DNA from: Chiloscyllium plagiosum
Lineage: Eukaryota
Length of the DNA: 64,000 nt
NCBI RefSeq assembly: GCF_004010195.1
Contig: NC_057725.1
Span: 28,153,912-28,217,911, forward strand
Reading direction: 5' to 3'
The notes under the pieces were generated by a model. It searched no databases, was not told the DNA's origin, and was given only the letters and a program-made list of their open reading frames with translations. How positions within the stretch are numbered: position 1 is the stretch's first letter; every line of letters starts with the position of its first letter. Shown in pieces: positions 37,601-51,913 of the stretch. A program made the position numbers and the translations under genes.

Positions 37601-40600
37601 GTAAAGTAATAGTTCTATAGGGCTGCTCTCTCATTAGAGTGAAGACTGGTGGCAAGTTTAGCCTGAGGGTCACTATGTCTCAGGGAGGGTTGAGGTTGAG
37701 CGATGTGGTCTTCATGGCAACCTCAGTCGTCATGGGATTTGAACCATCACAGTTGGTGTCGCTCTACATCACAAACCAGGCATCTGAACTAAATAACCTC
37801 AAGACCGAGCAGAGGATACTCTGTGCTTTCTCAACTGTGCTCTTCTTAACTGCCTCCTTTTTAATAACTTGTGTGCATATACACCCAGCTCTTTGGTCCT
37901 ACGTACCATTTAGAGCAGTAGTCTATCCTGTCTTACTGTGTTCCTTATGTCAAAATGTAGAAAATGCTGAATTGGAAATTGGGTCCAAATAGTAAAACGA
38001 TTCATTGCCAGTTTCTGGTTAATCAGATTTTCACCTTGATTTTGGATATTCATTTTAATTTCTGGTGGTAGCCACATTAGAATGCTGGAACTAAAAGTTA
38101 GCTAAGTGACAAGGGGCAGAACAGTGTACAGAGATTTAATTTGATAGCTTCCTGGAGTGGGTCACTGTCCCTGTTGTTTTTGCACTTGCTATAGCATTTT
38201 TTCCCAGCACTACTTCAAGACCTGAACTGAAAAAACCTGAGAGGTCAAAGATATTGATAAACACCTGAACCTGTTGAGTCTCTGTTTCTTCTCCACTCTC
38301 TTCTTTCCTCCATCCTCCACCCCCCCCCCCCCCCCCCCCCCATGCCAATAGAAAACAGGCTGAAGAGTGACCTGATGTTGCCCTGTAAAAGGGTGTGCAT
38401 AGAGATATTGTTTCCCCTTGGTGCTGAAACCAAAACCAAAGGATCATGAAAATATTTTGATTAAAAAGTCCCGACAGGGAAATCAGGAGAAGTCTCTTTT
38501 TGCGAGAGATTGGTGGAAAAGTGGAACACGGTTCCACAATATGTGTTGAGACAAACAGCATAAATACAATTAAGGGGAAACTAGACAAATTTAAGATAAA
38601 CAAAGGAATGAAAGATTTTATTGATTTGGGTTAGATTCAGTGTGGTAGGAGAAGTGGCAAAGGAGCCTGTTTCAGTTCTGTGCATTTTGAGGTGAATAAG
38701 CTAACAAATTATACTTTTTTTTAAGAAAAGTGTTAATTGTGAGGTAAAGCAACTTAACTCTTCAACCAAGCTATGTAAACCTGACAGGAAAAATCTGGTC
38801 ATGCAGTTTTATGACCAAGCTTGGCCCTTGTTAAACTGAAGCCTGCTCAGGTTGGATTTAAGCTATTTGAAGAACATATTGTCTTGGTGTCCTCAGGCTC
38901 AAATCCCTCCCTCGACCAACCCTGCCAGAACAAAACTAGATCAACTAGTCTTCATTTCCATTTTGTGTTGATTTTAACTGCTGTGTATTAAATCATTTGC
39001 ATGAGCTTTGAATGAATGGCATGAGCTGTGATGCGCTTTGCGAATGCAAGCTTATTCTTTTGTTCCTGAATGTTAATTGTACTTGGATATAGAAAGCTAC
39101 AGAGAGCTCATTCACTTCCCATGGAGGATGAATAGTTGTATTTCTGTAAAATCAGTTGAAACAAATTAAACCAAATTGAATCAAATTATGTGGTAACAGA
39201 TGTTTAAGGGGTACTGGAATGATAATCAAATGTTCAAATTAAAATATTTGAATTGAAATTTTTGTGTGCAACTAATGCACTCTAATGCCTCTGCAGTGCC
39301 TATTTTCTGTGGAAGGTCTTGAGAATTGTGTAGACAGGGTGCTCCCTCTCTGGGGGTTCGTGGGCATATCTGTTGCAAGGTATCTGTAATGGAGAGTGCA
39401 GTTGGCAGCCAGATGCCCTTCTGGACGTCCAGATGCCTGGACTAGTTTATGGCTACCTTGGAGAAGCTCAAGAAGAGACCCATAAGGAGGTCCTCTGATT
39501 TATCTTCCCCAATACTGGGTCAGCAGGTGCTTGTGACTGAAGTGCAAACAAAATGAGTAACAGCTCCATCAGAGTGGATCTGGAAACCTGTCTCTCTTAC
39601 TGGAATGATCAGAGAAGTAAACTTAGAAATGAATGGTGATCCAATTCACAAGACGGTCAGCATTGTAACCAAACTAATCCCCTCCCATCTGTGATTTGCA
39701 ACAGCCTTGTGCTGACGTGCAAACCTGTTAAGAGAAATGGAGAGGGGGAGGGGGTGGGGTTGTGGTGATGGGAAGAGAAAACATTTTCAAATCAATGTTA
39801 ATGATTAGTATAAAAAGATTGTAAACTAAAGATGGTACATATGACACAATAGGCTGCAGATTTTGTCTTGTGTATGAATGCTTGTCATTTTGTGGGCTGT
39901 GTCTAATAGCAGCTGTTGGGAAACTGGTCCTTTGCCAGCTTTTGGGAGTGAGCGGGCAGGACACATTCTTCAGAGTTCACATGTAAATCACTGATATAGT
40001 ATGACAGCGAGTCACTGTCTGCTGAACTGGAGATGCAAGGCATGGTTCTGATCCTGCACAGCTGGGAGCATTGCGATATGATCATTTGATTTAAGATTAA
40101 GCTCGACTTGATTTGCTTTTTTTCATGCGTGAGTACACAAAAATCTTCCTTTTTTAAAAAAAAAATAAGCTGTCGATACATTTGTAGAAATCTTTATCAA
40201 CTTTCCACATTCTGTTTTGAATTAATCACATTTTGAAGTCGCATTGTTCAGTATTCTACCCACCCTTGAATGGTGAATTGTGTGTGAGGAGGGTTCAGTC
40301 TGGATTGAACACCCCACATCAGCCTCCTGTTTTCTTTAAAAAAGAATCCAGCAGAATAAGGAATTGGATATTGAGCCATTCAGGCTGCTGCTCTCCATTC
40401 CAAAATATATGGTCTAATTAATGAACAGGCAACACTTGGTAGAGGTTTTTTTTGTTAAACAGTGTATTCTTCAAGATAATATACAAAGTGTTTGGAGTAT
40501 AGTCCTTACATTGAGTTAATGTTTTGATCTGAGTGAAGCTGCTGTTTTTCACATTGATGGCCAAGTCTTGTTCTAATTTGAGTTTGAACATTTTTGTTCT

Positions 40601-41714
40601 ATACTAAACTCCTGCACCCTTGACCATCTCGATTCATTGTGAATATTGGCCCATGTCTTGCTGACACAAAGCATATTTTGTTGTTGGATAGTTTTGAATA
40701 TCATTTGTCCTATAACCTATTGAGCTGATATCATAAGGGCAACAAGGTATCTCCTTAACGAATAAGATTTAATAAACCAGAAAATAAACTTATTTAAGAA
40801 GAAAATTGGGTTATCGGAGTCAAATCAGAGACCAGCGAAAGATTGGACTTGAAAGTAAAAAAAAAACACACTACGGAAAAGAAACATATTTGAACCTTAA
40901 ATTCTATCTCTTTAAAATTTTAGAAACTTTTACTTTTGAAGAAGATGAGACAGCACAGTTTGCTATATCCTTCCGAGGCTAGGAATCATCATTTTTAAAA
41001 GGGAACTTACTCTTTTAATCAAGAGATTTAATTTATTGTGGCCATTTTTAATGTTGAAATTCAGCAGCTCCTTTTTAAAATCATCAGAAAAGTTGAAAGT
41101 GAGAGGTCATTTGTGTGAAATTAACAGAGGTCCACCCCCCCCCCCCCCCCCCACCCCCACCCCCACCCACCCCCTGCCAAATCCAGTCCTGAAATTGCTA
41201 GCTGCTATTTCACATTAACAACAGCATGTGTTGCTTAACACTATATTTTATTTTTAGGAAGATTTGGTTCATTAACAAATCTTTTAGTGGAGGCACTGTG
41301 CCAGCATTTGAACAGGAACTCCCTGCTGTTTATTGAAGAACATTAAGCTAATGTTTTATCTTTGAGTTATTAACAAAATGGCTAGAATTTTAGTGCCAAA
41401 GTGTTTAAGTTCAGGACCGAGCGTGTTTGCCAGTAATGCTGATCAATAGAACTTTATATTAATGTATGGAAAGGAGTAACTAATTCCAAAGAAGTTAAGT
41501 TGTAATTCCTGTTTTGAGAAGGAAGTACAATGCTTGTCCTTCAACTTTTATCTTTGCTTTTGTTAACTCTTTGTATGCAGATGTCAGCTTACTGTCTAAA
41601 GTCAGAAGAATTTGTGTACAGAGGAGGCTATTTCACACCAACTTCAAGTCCTATCTTTGAAGACCAAAGCCATTATCATCAAACCCTATTATAAACTCTG
41701 TTACCAAGCCATTA

Positions 41715-42150
41715 TAGTCACACTTATACAGCATGGAAACTGACCCTTTGGTCTAAACAGTCCATGCTGACCATGATTCCAACCTGCCTGCTCCAACCCG
41801 TGTTCCTTTAAAACCTGTCCTATTTATGTACTTATCTAAGTGTCTTTTTAAATGGTGTAACTAATCCTACATCCACCACTTCCTCAAGTTCATTCCACAC
41901 ACAAACCACCTTCTGCTTAAAAAGAAATTGTCCCTCAGCTTTTCAAAAGTTTCTCTCCTCTAACCTTAAAAATATGCCCCTCGACTTGGAATGTTCATCC
42001 TAGGGAAAAGATGCCTGCCATTAACCTTATCTATATCCTTCATGACTTTATAAACCTCTATAAGGCCACCTCTCAACCTCTGATGCTCTAGTGCGAAAAA
42101 GGTCCTAGGCTATCCATGCTTTTCTTATAATTCAAACCCTCCATCAATTC
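41715..42150 (-). mobile_element. CR1 3' fragment
   Basis: tacagcatggaaactgacccttt..catccaccacttcctc..ttcattccacac..ttataaacctctataagg. Confidence 0.75.
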
Positions 42151-42454
42151 CATCAGCCTTCCTGCTGATTGCCTGCTAAGGCGGAACCAGACTATTCTCA
42201 CCCTCCTCTTTTGGCCCTATGTTGAAATTCCGACTCCATATCCTCTCCATCACAAAGGTAGTCTACTTGAATCTTTGCAGCATTGTTACTTAATACCCCT
42301 GCTTTTGCTGCAGAGACTCTCATCTGTGTCATAATTACCTCTCGACTTGACTGTTTCAATGAATTACCAGCCAGCTTTTCATCTTCCATAATCAACAAAC
42401 ATGATGACGACATAAATGTGCCCATCACTTAGCCTACTGCCAAGTCTGATTTAA

Positions 42455-43095
42455 GCAAAACCAGATTGATAGTACTGTTAAGAAGGCATACGGTATGTTA
42501 GGTTTTATTGGTAGAGGGATTGAGTTCCGGAGCAGTGACGTCATGCTGCAACCAAACAAAATGCTTGTGTAGCCTCCCTTGGAATATTGTGTGCAGTTCT
42601 GGTTACCCCATTGCAGGAAGGATGTGGAAGCATTGGAAAAGGTGCAGAGGAGATTTACCAGGATGTTGCCTGGTCTGGAGGGAAGGTCTTTGAGGAAAGC
42701 CTGAGGGACTTGGGTCTGTTCTCATTGGAAAGAAAGGCTAAGAGAGGATTTGATAGAGACATACAAGATGATCAGAAGATTAGATGGGGTGGACAATTAG
42801 TCTTTTTCCAACGATGATGTCATCTACTTGTACAAGGGAGCATAGCTGCAAATTGAGAAGTGACAGATTTAAGACAGATGTCAGAGGCAGGTTTGTTATT
42901 CGGTGATAAGGGTGTGGAATGCCCTGACTGTCAATGTAGTTAACTCTGCCACATTAGGGACGTTTAAGCAGTCCTTGGATAAGCATATGGATGATGGTGG
43001 GATAGTATAGGGGGATGGGTTTAGGTTACTTCACAGATTGGCCCAACGTCAAGGGCCAAAGGGCCTGTACTGCACTGTTCTATATTCTAAAATTC
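42455..43095 (+). mobile_element. CR1 3' fragment (RT C-terminus and tail)
   Basis: [35 protein letters not shown] read across ORFs 42508-42817; tail gggccaaagggcctgtactgcactgttctat. Confidence 0.85.
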
Positions 43096-43991
43096 TTGTG
43101 TTCTAAAGTTCTCATTCTTTCCAATGTCCCTCCAGCTATGCACCTCCCTGTCTTTATAATCACATGCAGACTCTCCACCCTGCAAGGTAAATAAGTCTTT
43201 TCTAATTCTGACTTCTTGCCTCCATCTCACACTCTTACTCTATCACTTACTTTGCTCACCTCCCCGAATATCTGCTTATGTCATTGGGTGTCAAATGTTG
43301 TTTAATAATCATGACTGTGCAGTGCCTTAGGTCATTTTAATATGTTGAAGGTATATCTTAGGTGCAAGCTTTTGTCTCAACAAGAGTCTGCTGTTGAGAT
43401 TTCCATCTTCTAACCACCCTCTGCTGAAATTGTGCCAAACAACTGAGGTGTTTAGAGAGTCAGTAGTGAAACCTGTCAACAAGTAACACAATACCTGCAC
43501 AGCTAAGTGTTGAAAGAGATTGCATCTTGCATGCTTCAGTGTGTTTGAGTGTACTTGGTATGGAGGTAAACCAAGAATGTTCTGCTTTTATGCCGTACCT
43601 TTAATGACCAAAGGATATCTCAAGTTGCTTTCCAACAGATGAAGCGTTGGAACTGGATTCCACATCTTGTCAGTTATAACAGCATGCACACAGCAAAAGT
43701 TTTCAAACTGTACTGAGATATATAATCAGAAAATCTGCTTTTAGGTTATTTGAGGGCTAAATATTGACCAGTGTGTAGGATAGAATTCCTGTACTCAAAA
43801 TCTCAATAGCAAAGCATTATGGAGAATAGATAAGATGAGCAAAGAAACTATTTTCATAGATTGGCGTTCGCCAGGATTGAGGGTGTAGTGTAAATGCTTG
43901 AAGTTGGAGCTTTTAGGTGTAAAATTAGAAGACATTTGTGCACAAATGATATGATGCTAGATCAGTTATTAAGTTTGAATCTGAGATTTAA

Positions 43992-44880
43992 AGTTTCCGG
44001 CATAGGCCCTTCATCAGGAACGTGGCGGGGTGGTGGTGGGGCTGGGGGAAGGTAACTGGGAAGGTGATATTTAGATACAGGTTGGGGATAATAGTGAGAG
44101 GTCAAGGGGGAGGATGGAATGGAAGGTGGACAGGTCAAAAGGGCAGTGCTGGGTTGGGTCTGGGATAAGGTGGGGGAGGGGAGATTTGGAAATTAGTGAA
44201 GTTGATGTGTAGTTGAAGGGTCCCAAGGCAGAAGATGTGTTCTTCCTCCAGTTGTCGGATGGCTTGGATTTGGAGGTGGAGGAGGCCCAGAACCTGTATG
44301 CCCTTGGCAGAGGGGGAGTAGAGGTTGGCCACAGGGTGGTGGGCTCGTTGGGTGTGTCCCTCAGATGTTTCCTGAACCACTCCACAAGTTGGCATCCTGC
44401 TGCCCCAATGTACAGGAGGTCACATCGAGAGCAACAAACGCACTCGCTGAGGTGTGTGGATGTGCGGGAAAATCTCTGGATGTGAAAAGATCCTTTTTGG
44501 GGCCTTGGACGGAGGTGAGGGGGAGAAGTGTGGGTGCAGGTTTTACACCTGTTGAGATGGCAAGGGAAGGTCCAAGAGTGGAGGGTGGGTTGGCTGGGGG
44601 TGTGGACCTAAAGAGGGAGTCATGGAGGAAATGGTCTCTGCAGAATGCTGATAGAGGTGGGGAAGGAAAATACCTCTAGTAGTGGGGTCTGATTTGTAGG
44701 TGGCAGATATGATGGAGGATAATGCGCTGCACCCAGAGATTAGTAGTGGGGTGAAAGGTGAGAACTAGGGGGTTCTATCCTTGTTGCAGTTGGAGGGATA
44801 GGGTTCAAGGGCGGAGGTGAGGAAGTGAGGAGATGAGCTGGAGGGTGTGGTTGATCATGTGAGAAGGGAAATTGCAGTGG
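43992..44880 (-). mobile_element. Neptune-type PLE 3' portion (GIY-YIG end and terminal repeat with HHR remnant)
   Basis: ORF 44135-44395 HPVANLYSPS..IQVLGLLH..IRQLEEEHIFCLGTLQ; minus strand 43992-44020 TTCCTGATGAAGGGCCTATGCCGGAAACTT. Confidence 0.85.
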
Positions 44881-45134
44881 TGTGCAATTTGCAAGTTGCA
44901 ATACCAGCCATAATGTCATAAACGACAAACTAGTCAGAGGACTTCCTCCTTTTTAAAAAAAAAAATCCATGGAATGAAGATATCAATGGCTGGGCCTGCA
45001 TTTGTTATCCATCCCTTAACTGCCCAAATAGCAGGTCAGGGGTCACATGTAGGCCAGACCAGGTAAGGATGGCAGATTTCCTTCCCAAATAACATTAGAA
45101 TGTGAGATGGGTTTTAGCAACAATCGACAGTGGT

Positions 45135-45298
45135 TGAAAACAAAAAATGCTGGTGATAACAATCTACGGAGAGAGAAAGCAAGCTAACATTTCAAAACCA
45201 GCTTGCGTGCTCTCCGTGGATGCTGTCTGATCTACTCTGATTTCCAGCATTTTTTTTATTTTCAGTACAGATTCCAGCATCTGCAATAATTTGCTCCT
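45135..45298. mobile_element. Short fold-back PLE-derived fragment inside an older LINE end (about 44965-45480)
   Basis: gaaaacaaaaaatgctgg..tctacggagag inversely matches ctctccgtggat..ccagcattttttttattttc; ends attccagcatctgca. Confidence 0.55.
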
Positions 45299-46994
45299 GA
45301 ATCAAGAATGGTTACTTGGTACCACTTCAACCAGGTTTTTGCTCTCGACTTTTTTGTTCGTTGAATTCAAATTTCACTATCTACCATAGTCTGATTTGAA
45401 CTCCTGTTGCTGGATTAGTCTGAGGAGGCTTCTGGGTTTCTAGTCCAGTACTGTCATCACGACACCCCTACCTTCCATTAATTAGTCTGCTCCTGTTTCT
45501 ATGTGGTTTGATGCGAGACATTACACTTGGGACCAATGGAACCTTGATGCTCAAGACTTTGGAGTAGGACCTTTTTGAGAAGTCACAAGGTTCCATAGCT
45601 TCTGTGCCTCACTGCAATCAGTGGTGTTGTCTGCCTGTGCTCTCCTGAAGATTCATAAATGTGTTGAGTTAATGGGAGTTCCAGCAATGCTGGTGTTTAT
45701 CATTTTGCTCGACTGTCTATCTCTTGAGGGTGTTCAAATTGTGCTAGACTAGTGAGACATTTAGGCAAGTCCATGAAAGGTTAGAAGGTGTCCTCTCCTG
45801 AAGAAAACAGTGGGCAAGTCTCTTAAAAGTTTGTTATCGAATGATTAATTTAGTATTGTGGGACTTCTGGGCTGCTAGTCTGGAGATTCATAGATACTAC
45901 ATTACCTTACTCTGTCAAAATATTTAGCTGTGTCACACAACTAGTGCGCAAAATTAATGCATGCAAGTTCATCTTAAATGTGCTCTAGAATTCAAGACAT
46001 TTACTGAATAACTACATCTATTAATTCTTTTAAAATTTCACTATCTAATTGATTTGGTAATTGAAAATGGCTAAATGTGGTATTTTAAATCTGTTTTGCA
46101 ACCGAGCATTTAAATATTGACCAAGGAGCAAAATAATCTGGTACTTTTAATATTTGCATCCCTTTATTTCTCTGCATCTAACCTAATTCATGCAGTTGTT
46201 GTATTAACAGCCCCATTAATGTATATTTAACTGTTGAACTTGTAAGGATTTGGGCACTGTTTGGATCTCCATATATTGATCTGTTTCCAAGTACATTCAT
46301 GGTTTCAATATTAAGTTTGGGAGTGTGCAGAATGTGAAGAGTGACCACCATTCTGACTATCTTCAGAGACCTCTGCACTCATCCAGTTCTGGCCACTTGC
46401 ATTACATGATTCATTTATCCACACTATATATACTTTGCTGCTGAGCTCAGAGCTTCCTTTCCAAACTTGTCTTCCTCCACCTTCAAGAAACTTAGAATCT
46501 CCCTCCCTCCTCCTGTCTTTAATATCTCCTTATGTGGCTTAGTATTCAATTTTGTTTGATTATGCTGCTGTGAGGTTCTTAAGAACATTTTACTATTTTA
46601 AAGGAACTACCTAAACAGAAATTATTTGCATTCTGGGAGGCAAGAATCAAGCAATGGCTATTTATAATAATCTTACTGTGGAAGAATGAGTGGAGAAAAA
46701 AAAATGCAAGCAACTTTGATTTCTTTTAAATTCTTTTATCAAAATTTGGAGCCAACACAGTGTAGTGATGATCTGATTATGATTCTCATCAGTTAGGATT
46801 AGCATGCATGCAATTAACAATTGAGCACTCAGTATCTTGTCAGCGCAATGTCAACAATTGTTTGTTTATTTGCTGGTTTGAGTGTTATTGTCTGTCCGTG
46901 GCCGACTGTACAAACCACTCATTCAACTTCAGATGTATACTTGGGAAGAGTTTGCATTTTGAAGAGTGACAACTCTGTTCTTTTGTTATTTATA

Positions 46995-49410
46995 GAGTCA
47001 TAGAGATATACAGCACAGAAACAGACCTTTTAGTCCAACTAGTCCATGCCAATTAGATATCCTAACCTAATCTAGTCCCATTTGCCAGCACTTGGCCTAT
47101 ATCCCTCTAAACCCTTCCTATTCATATGCCCATCCCAATGCCTTTTTAAATGTCACAATTGTACCAGCCTCCTCCACTTCCTCTGGCAGCTCATTCCATA
47201 CCCGTACCACCCTCTGCGTGAAAAGGTTGCGCCTTAGGTCCCTTTTTTTTTTATATCTTCCCCTCTCACCCTAAACATATGCCCTCTAGTTCTGGACTCT
47301 TCCACCTGCACCCCCCCCCTCAGAGACAAAGTATCAACGTCCCTCATGATTTTACAAAACTCCTAAAAGGTCACCCCTCATCTTTTGACGCTCCAGGGAA
47401 AACAGCCCCAGCCTATTCGGCTCAAATCTTTCAACTCTGGAAACATGCTTGTAAATCTTTTCTGAACGCTTTCAAGTTTCACAATACCTTTCTGATAGGA
47501 AGGAGACCAGAATTGCAAAAGTAGTCTAACCAATATCCTGTACAGCCACAACATGATCTCCCAACTCCTGTACTCTACTCTGACCAATAAAGGAAAGCAT
47601 ACCAAATTCCCCCTTTACTATCCTATCTACCTGTGACTCTACGTTCAAGGAGCAATGAACATGCATTCTAAGGTTTATTTGTTTAGCAACACTCCCTCGG
47701 ACCTTACCATTAAGTGTATAATACCTGCTCTGATTTGCTTTCCCAAAATGCAGCACCTCACATGTATCTAAATTTTAATTCCATCTGCCACTCTGCAGCC
47801 AATTGGCTCTTCTGATCAAGATTCCATTGTAATCGGAGGTAACCTTCTTTGCTGTCCACTACACTTCCAATTTTGGTGTCATCTGCAAATGTACTAACTA
47901 TACCTCCCATGTTCATATCCAAATCATTTATATAAATGATGAAAAGTAGTGGACCCAGCACCAATCCTTGTGGCACACCACTGGTCACAGGCCTCCATTC
48001 TGAAAAGACCCTCCACCACCACCCCCTCTCTTCTATCTTTTAAGCTAGTTCTGTATCCAAATGGCTAGTTCTCTGTGTATTTCATGAGATCTAACCTTGC
48101 TAACCAGTCTCCCATGGGGAACCTTGTTGAACATCTTACTGAAATCCATATAGATTACATCCACCGCTCTGCCCTCATTAGTCCTCTTCGTTACTTTTTC
48201 AAAAAATTCAATCAAGTTCATGAGACATGATTTCCCATGCACAAAGCCATCTTGACTATCCCTGATCAATCCTTGGCTTTCCAAATATGTGTAAATCCTG
48301 TCCCTCAGGATTCCCTCCAACCACTTGCCCACCACAAACATCAGTGTCACTAGTCTATAGTTCCCTGGGTTTTCTTTACCACCTTTCTTAAATAATGGTA
48401 CCAGGTTAGCCAACTTCCAGTCTTCTGGCACTTCAACTGTGACTATCGATGATACAAATATCTCAGCAAGGGGCCCAGCAATCACTTCCCTAATTTCCCA
48501 CAGAGTTCTAGGGTATACCTGATCAGGTCCTGGGGATTTATCCACCTTTTATGCATTTCAAGGCATCCAGCACTTTCTCCTCTGTAATTTGGACATTTTT
48601 CAAGATGTCACCACCTATTTCTCCACATTGTGTATCTTCCCTGTTCTTCTCCACAGTAAACACTGATGCAAAATACTCATTTAGTATCTCATGCGGCTCT
48701 ACGCAAAGGCTGCCTTGCCGATCTTTAAGGGGCCCTATTCTCTCCCAGTTATCCTTTTGTCCTTAATGTATTTGTAAAAACCATTTGGATTTTCCTGAAC
48801 TCTATTTGCCAAAGCTATCTCATGTCCCCTTTTTGCCTTCCTGATTTCTCTCTCAAGTATACTCCAACTGCCTTTATATTCTTCTAAGGATTCACTCGAT
48901 CTATCCTGTCTATATCTGCCATATGCTTCCTCTCTCTCTCTTAACCAAACCATCAATTTCTCTAGTCATCCAGCATTCCTTATACCTACCAGCCTATTCA
49001 TTCACCCGAACAGGAATATACCGTCTCTGGATTCTTCTTATCTCGTTTCTGAAGGCTTCCCATTTTCCAGCTGTCCCTTTTACCTGTGAACATCTGTTCC
49101 TAATCAGCTTTTGAAAGTTCTTGCCTAATACTGTCAAAATTAGCCACCTTCCAATTTAGAACATCAACTATTTGATCTGGTCTATCCTTTACCATCATTA
49201 TTTTAAAACTAATAGAATTATTGTCGCTGGCCCCAAAGTGCTCCCTCATCGACACCTCAGTTACCTGCCCTGCTTTATTTCTCCAGAGTAGGTAAAGTTT
49301 TGCACCTTCTCTAGTAGGTACATCCACATACTGAATCAGAAAATGTTCTTAGTACACACTTAAACAAATTCCTCTCCATCTGAGCTCTTCACACTAAGGC
49401 AGTCCTAGTC
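46995..49410 (-). mobile_element. CR1 LINE, 5'-truncated (APE C-terminus, RT, tail)
   Basis: ORFs 48045-48545 (DKSPGPDQVYPR..VPEDWKLAN..YMDFSK), 47758-47988 (SGVPQGLVLGPLLF..FADDTK), 49100-49327 (HFGASDNNSI); frameshifted. Confidence 0.92.
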
Positions 49411-49549
49411 TGTTTTTGATGTAAGAAACAATGCTTTTGTAATTTTCTACTTGCATTTAAAGGATTTAAATCTACATGTCCAAACCAAATGTAAGCTACT
49501 AATTGATTCATCTCTTTTGTGGTAAAACTCAGGATTACATATTAATCTT

Positions 49550-50860
49550 TTATTCACTTGAGGGATTTAAGTGCTGCTAGCTGGGCCAGCATTTATTGCC
49601 CATGCCTAGTTGTCCCTGGGAAGGTAGTAGTAAACTGTCATCTTAAAATGCTGCAGTCCATGTGCTATAGATAAGAACCACGATTCAGTTAGGGCGGGAA
49701 TGCCAGGACTTTAAGATCGCAACAATGAAGGAAAGACAATATATATCAGTCGGGTTGGTGAGTGGCTTAGAGGGGAACTTTCAGACAAGGGAACATCATT
49801 GGCTCCTGCTCTTGTCCCCCTCGATGAAAGTCGTCATAAGTGATTTCTGCAGTGCATCTTGTAGATGTTTCACAATGCTACTGTGTGTTGCGCATGCAGG
49901 AAGTGGATTTTTATCGAAGTGATGCCAATTAAGCGGGCTTCTTTGTCCTGGATGGTGTCAAACTACTTGAATGTTATTGCAAATGCAAGTGAGGAGTGTT
50001 TCATCACACACACTGATTTGTGCTTTGTAGATGGACAGGCTTTGGGGAGTCAGGAGGTGAGTTATTCACCAAAGTATTCCTAGCTTTTGACCTGCACTTT
50101 GTCACTATATTTACATGACAAGTCCAGCTCAGTTTCTGTTCAGTAGTAACCTCAGGATGTTAGTGAGGGATGCAGTAATGGTAATGCCATTTGAATGTCA
50201 AGTGATGATAGTTAGATTGCAACTCTTATTGGACATGGTCATTGCTATGTATTTGTATGGCATGAATGTAGCTTACCACATTTCTGGACACCTACCCTGA
50301 GGAATTCCTGAAGAGATGTTCTGTGGCTGAGGTGACTGATTTCTGACGATAACAACCATGTGCCAGGTGTGACTCCAACCAGCGGACAGGGATTTCCACC
50401 CCTGATTCCCTGTAATTCCAGTTTTCCTCTTGCTTGGTCTAATGTGGCCTTGATATGAGAGCTGATTCTCTCTCCTCACTTCTGGAATTCAGTTCCACTA
50501 GCTGTTCTCATTTGAACTGGTGAAGTAACAAGGTCAGTAGCGGAGTGTCTCTGGAATTCAAACTGGGCATCACTGGGCAGGTTATTGCTGAGCAGGTGCT
50601 GCATGGTGGCTCTGTTGGTGGATTGATGGGGCAGTAATTGGCCTGCATATCTGGGCAATTTTCCATATTGTCAGATGCCAATGATCTAACTGCACTGGAA
50701 CAGCTTGATTAGGAGTGGCAGGTTTTGGAGCACAAGTCTTCAGTACTATTGCTGGAAATGGTCCATAGCCTTTGCAATATTTCATGCCTTCAACTGTCTC
50801 TTGATATCACGTGAAATGAATCTACTTGGGTGAAAACTGGCACCTGTGATACTGGGCACA
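49550..50860 (-). mobile_element. Decayed non-LTR LINE (CR1/L2 group) RT fragments and 3' end
   Basis: ORF 50582-50785 GP..PAIVLKTCAP..WKIAQIC; ORF 50273-50479 ..QNISSGIPQG; ORF 50476-50658 QFEFQRHSATDL. Confidence 0.7.
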
Positions 50861-51134
50861 CAATATACTATGTAGATGAATGTTTCTCCAAACACTCCAT
50901 ATCATAAAATGAGAGAACACAAAAGGCTGTTAAACTCATGTAGCCAATGCCATGTCTTTGAAAGAGCCATCAAATTATTCCCATTCCACTACTATTTGTA
51001 CTTACCCAATAGTGAATTCTCTTTAGATATTTTTTAAAATCTGTTCTTGGGATAGGAGTATCACTAGCTAGGCCAGCATTTATTGCTCATCCCTAATTAT
51101 GCAGAGGACGTTTAAGAGTGAACCACTTCACTGT

Positions 51135-51248
51135 GCTGATGCTGGAAAGTCAGAGTTGATAAAATGTGGAGCTGAGAAAAGCACAGCAGGTCAAGCAGCG
51201 TCAGTGGAGCAGGAAGGTTAACATTTCAGGTTGGGACTTTTCATCCGA
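51135..51248 (-). mobile_element. PLE terminal fragment
   Basis: gatgctggaaagtcagagttgataaaatgtgg..gcacagcaggtcaagcagc..acatttcagg; related pieces at 52082-52149 and 53218-53325. Confidence 0.65.
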
Positions 51249-51639
51249 TGGGTTTTTAAGCCAATGAGCTGTATCTCCATTAGGTTAGCTTTTTCTTCCA
51301 GGTTTGTATTATATGTAAATTTCACCAGTTACCTTAATGAAATTCAAGCCTATGTCCTTAAGAGTGATATTTTTCTGAAGTTAACCCTCCTATGGTCATC
51401 AAGACTAGTGCAAGAATGCGAATTTCAAAAAATCTGTTTGTATAAGTGGAGACGAGGATGCTTATTGGTTGGCAAATAGACTGTGGCTGGAATGCTGTCA
51501 TGGAGAAAGTAAGAGACCTATCATCCTTCTCAACCTGTCTTTTGTGCTATTTTCTGTACCATCCTCCTTGAATGTATCTTTCTTTGGTGTCATTCAACTG
51601 TATAAGGCTGCTTTCAGAATGCAACCTTATCTGCCTAAT

Positions 51640-51913
51640 TAGATTAGATTAGATTTGATTTGATTAGATTGCTTACAGTGTGGAAACAGGCCCTTCGGTC
51701 CAACAAGTCCACACCGACCCCTACATTTACCCCTTGCCTAACACTACGGGCAATTTAGCATGGCTAATTCACCTGACCTGCACATCTTTGACTGTGGGAG
51801 GAAACCCACGCAGACACTGGGAGAATGTGCAAACTCCACACAGTCGCCTGAGGCGGGAATTGAACCCGGGTCTCTGGCGCTGTGAGGCAGCACGGCTAAC
51901 CACTGTGCTGCCC
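51640..51913 (-). mobile_element. HE1-like SINE
   Basis: (TAGAT)n tail, acagtgtggaaacaggcccttcgg, tRNA-like head. Confidence 0.9.

Noticed and set aside
38320-38341. Long poly-C runs (also about 6831, 11507, 41133) as G-quadruplex regulators
   Set aside because: Homopolymers of uncertain assembled length with no supporting context.
39728-39964. RTSFPTAAIR resembling a Rex1 ORF C-terminus
   Set aside because: Too short and unsupported by neighbouring motifs to call.
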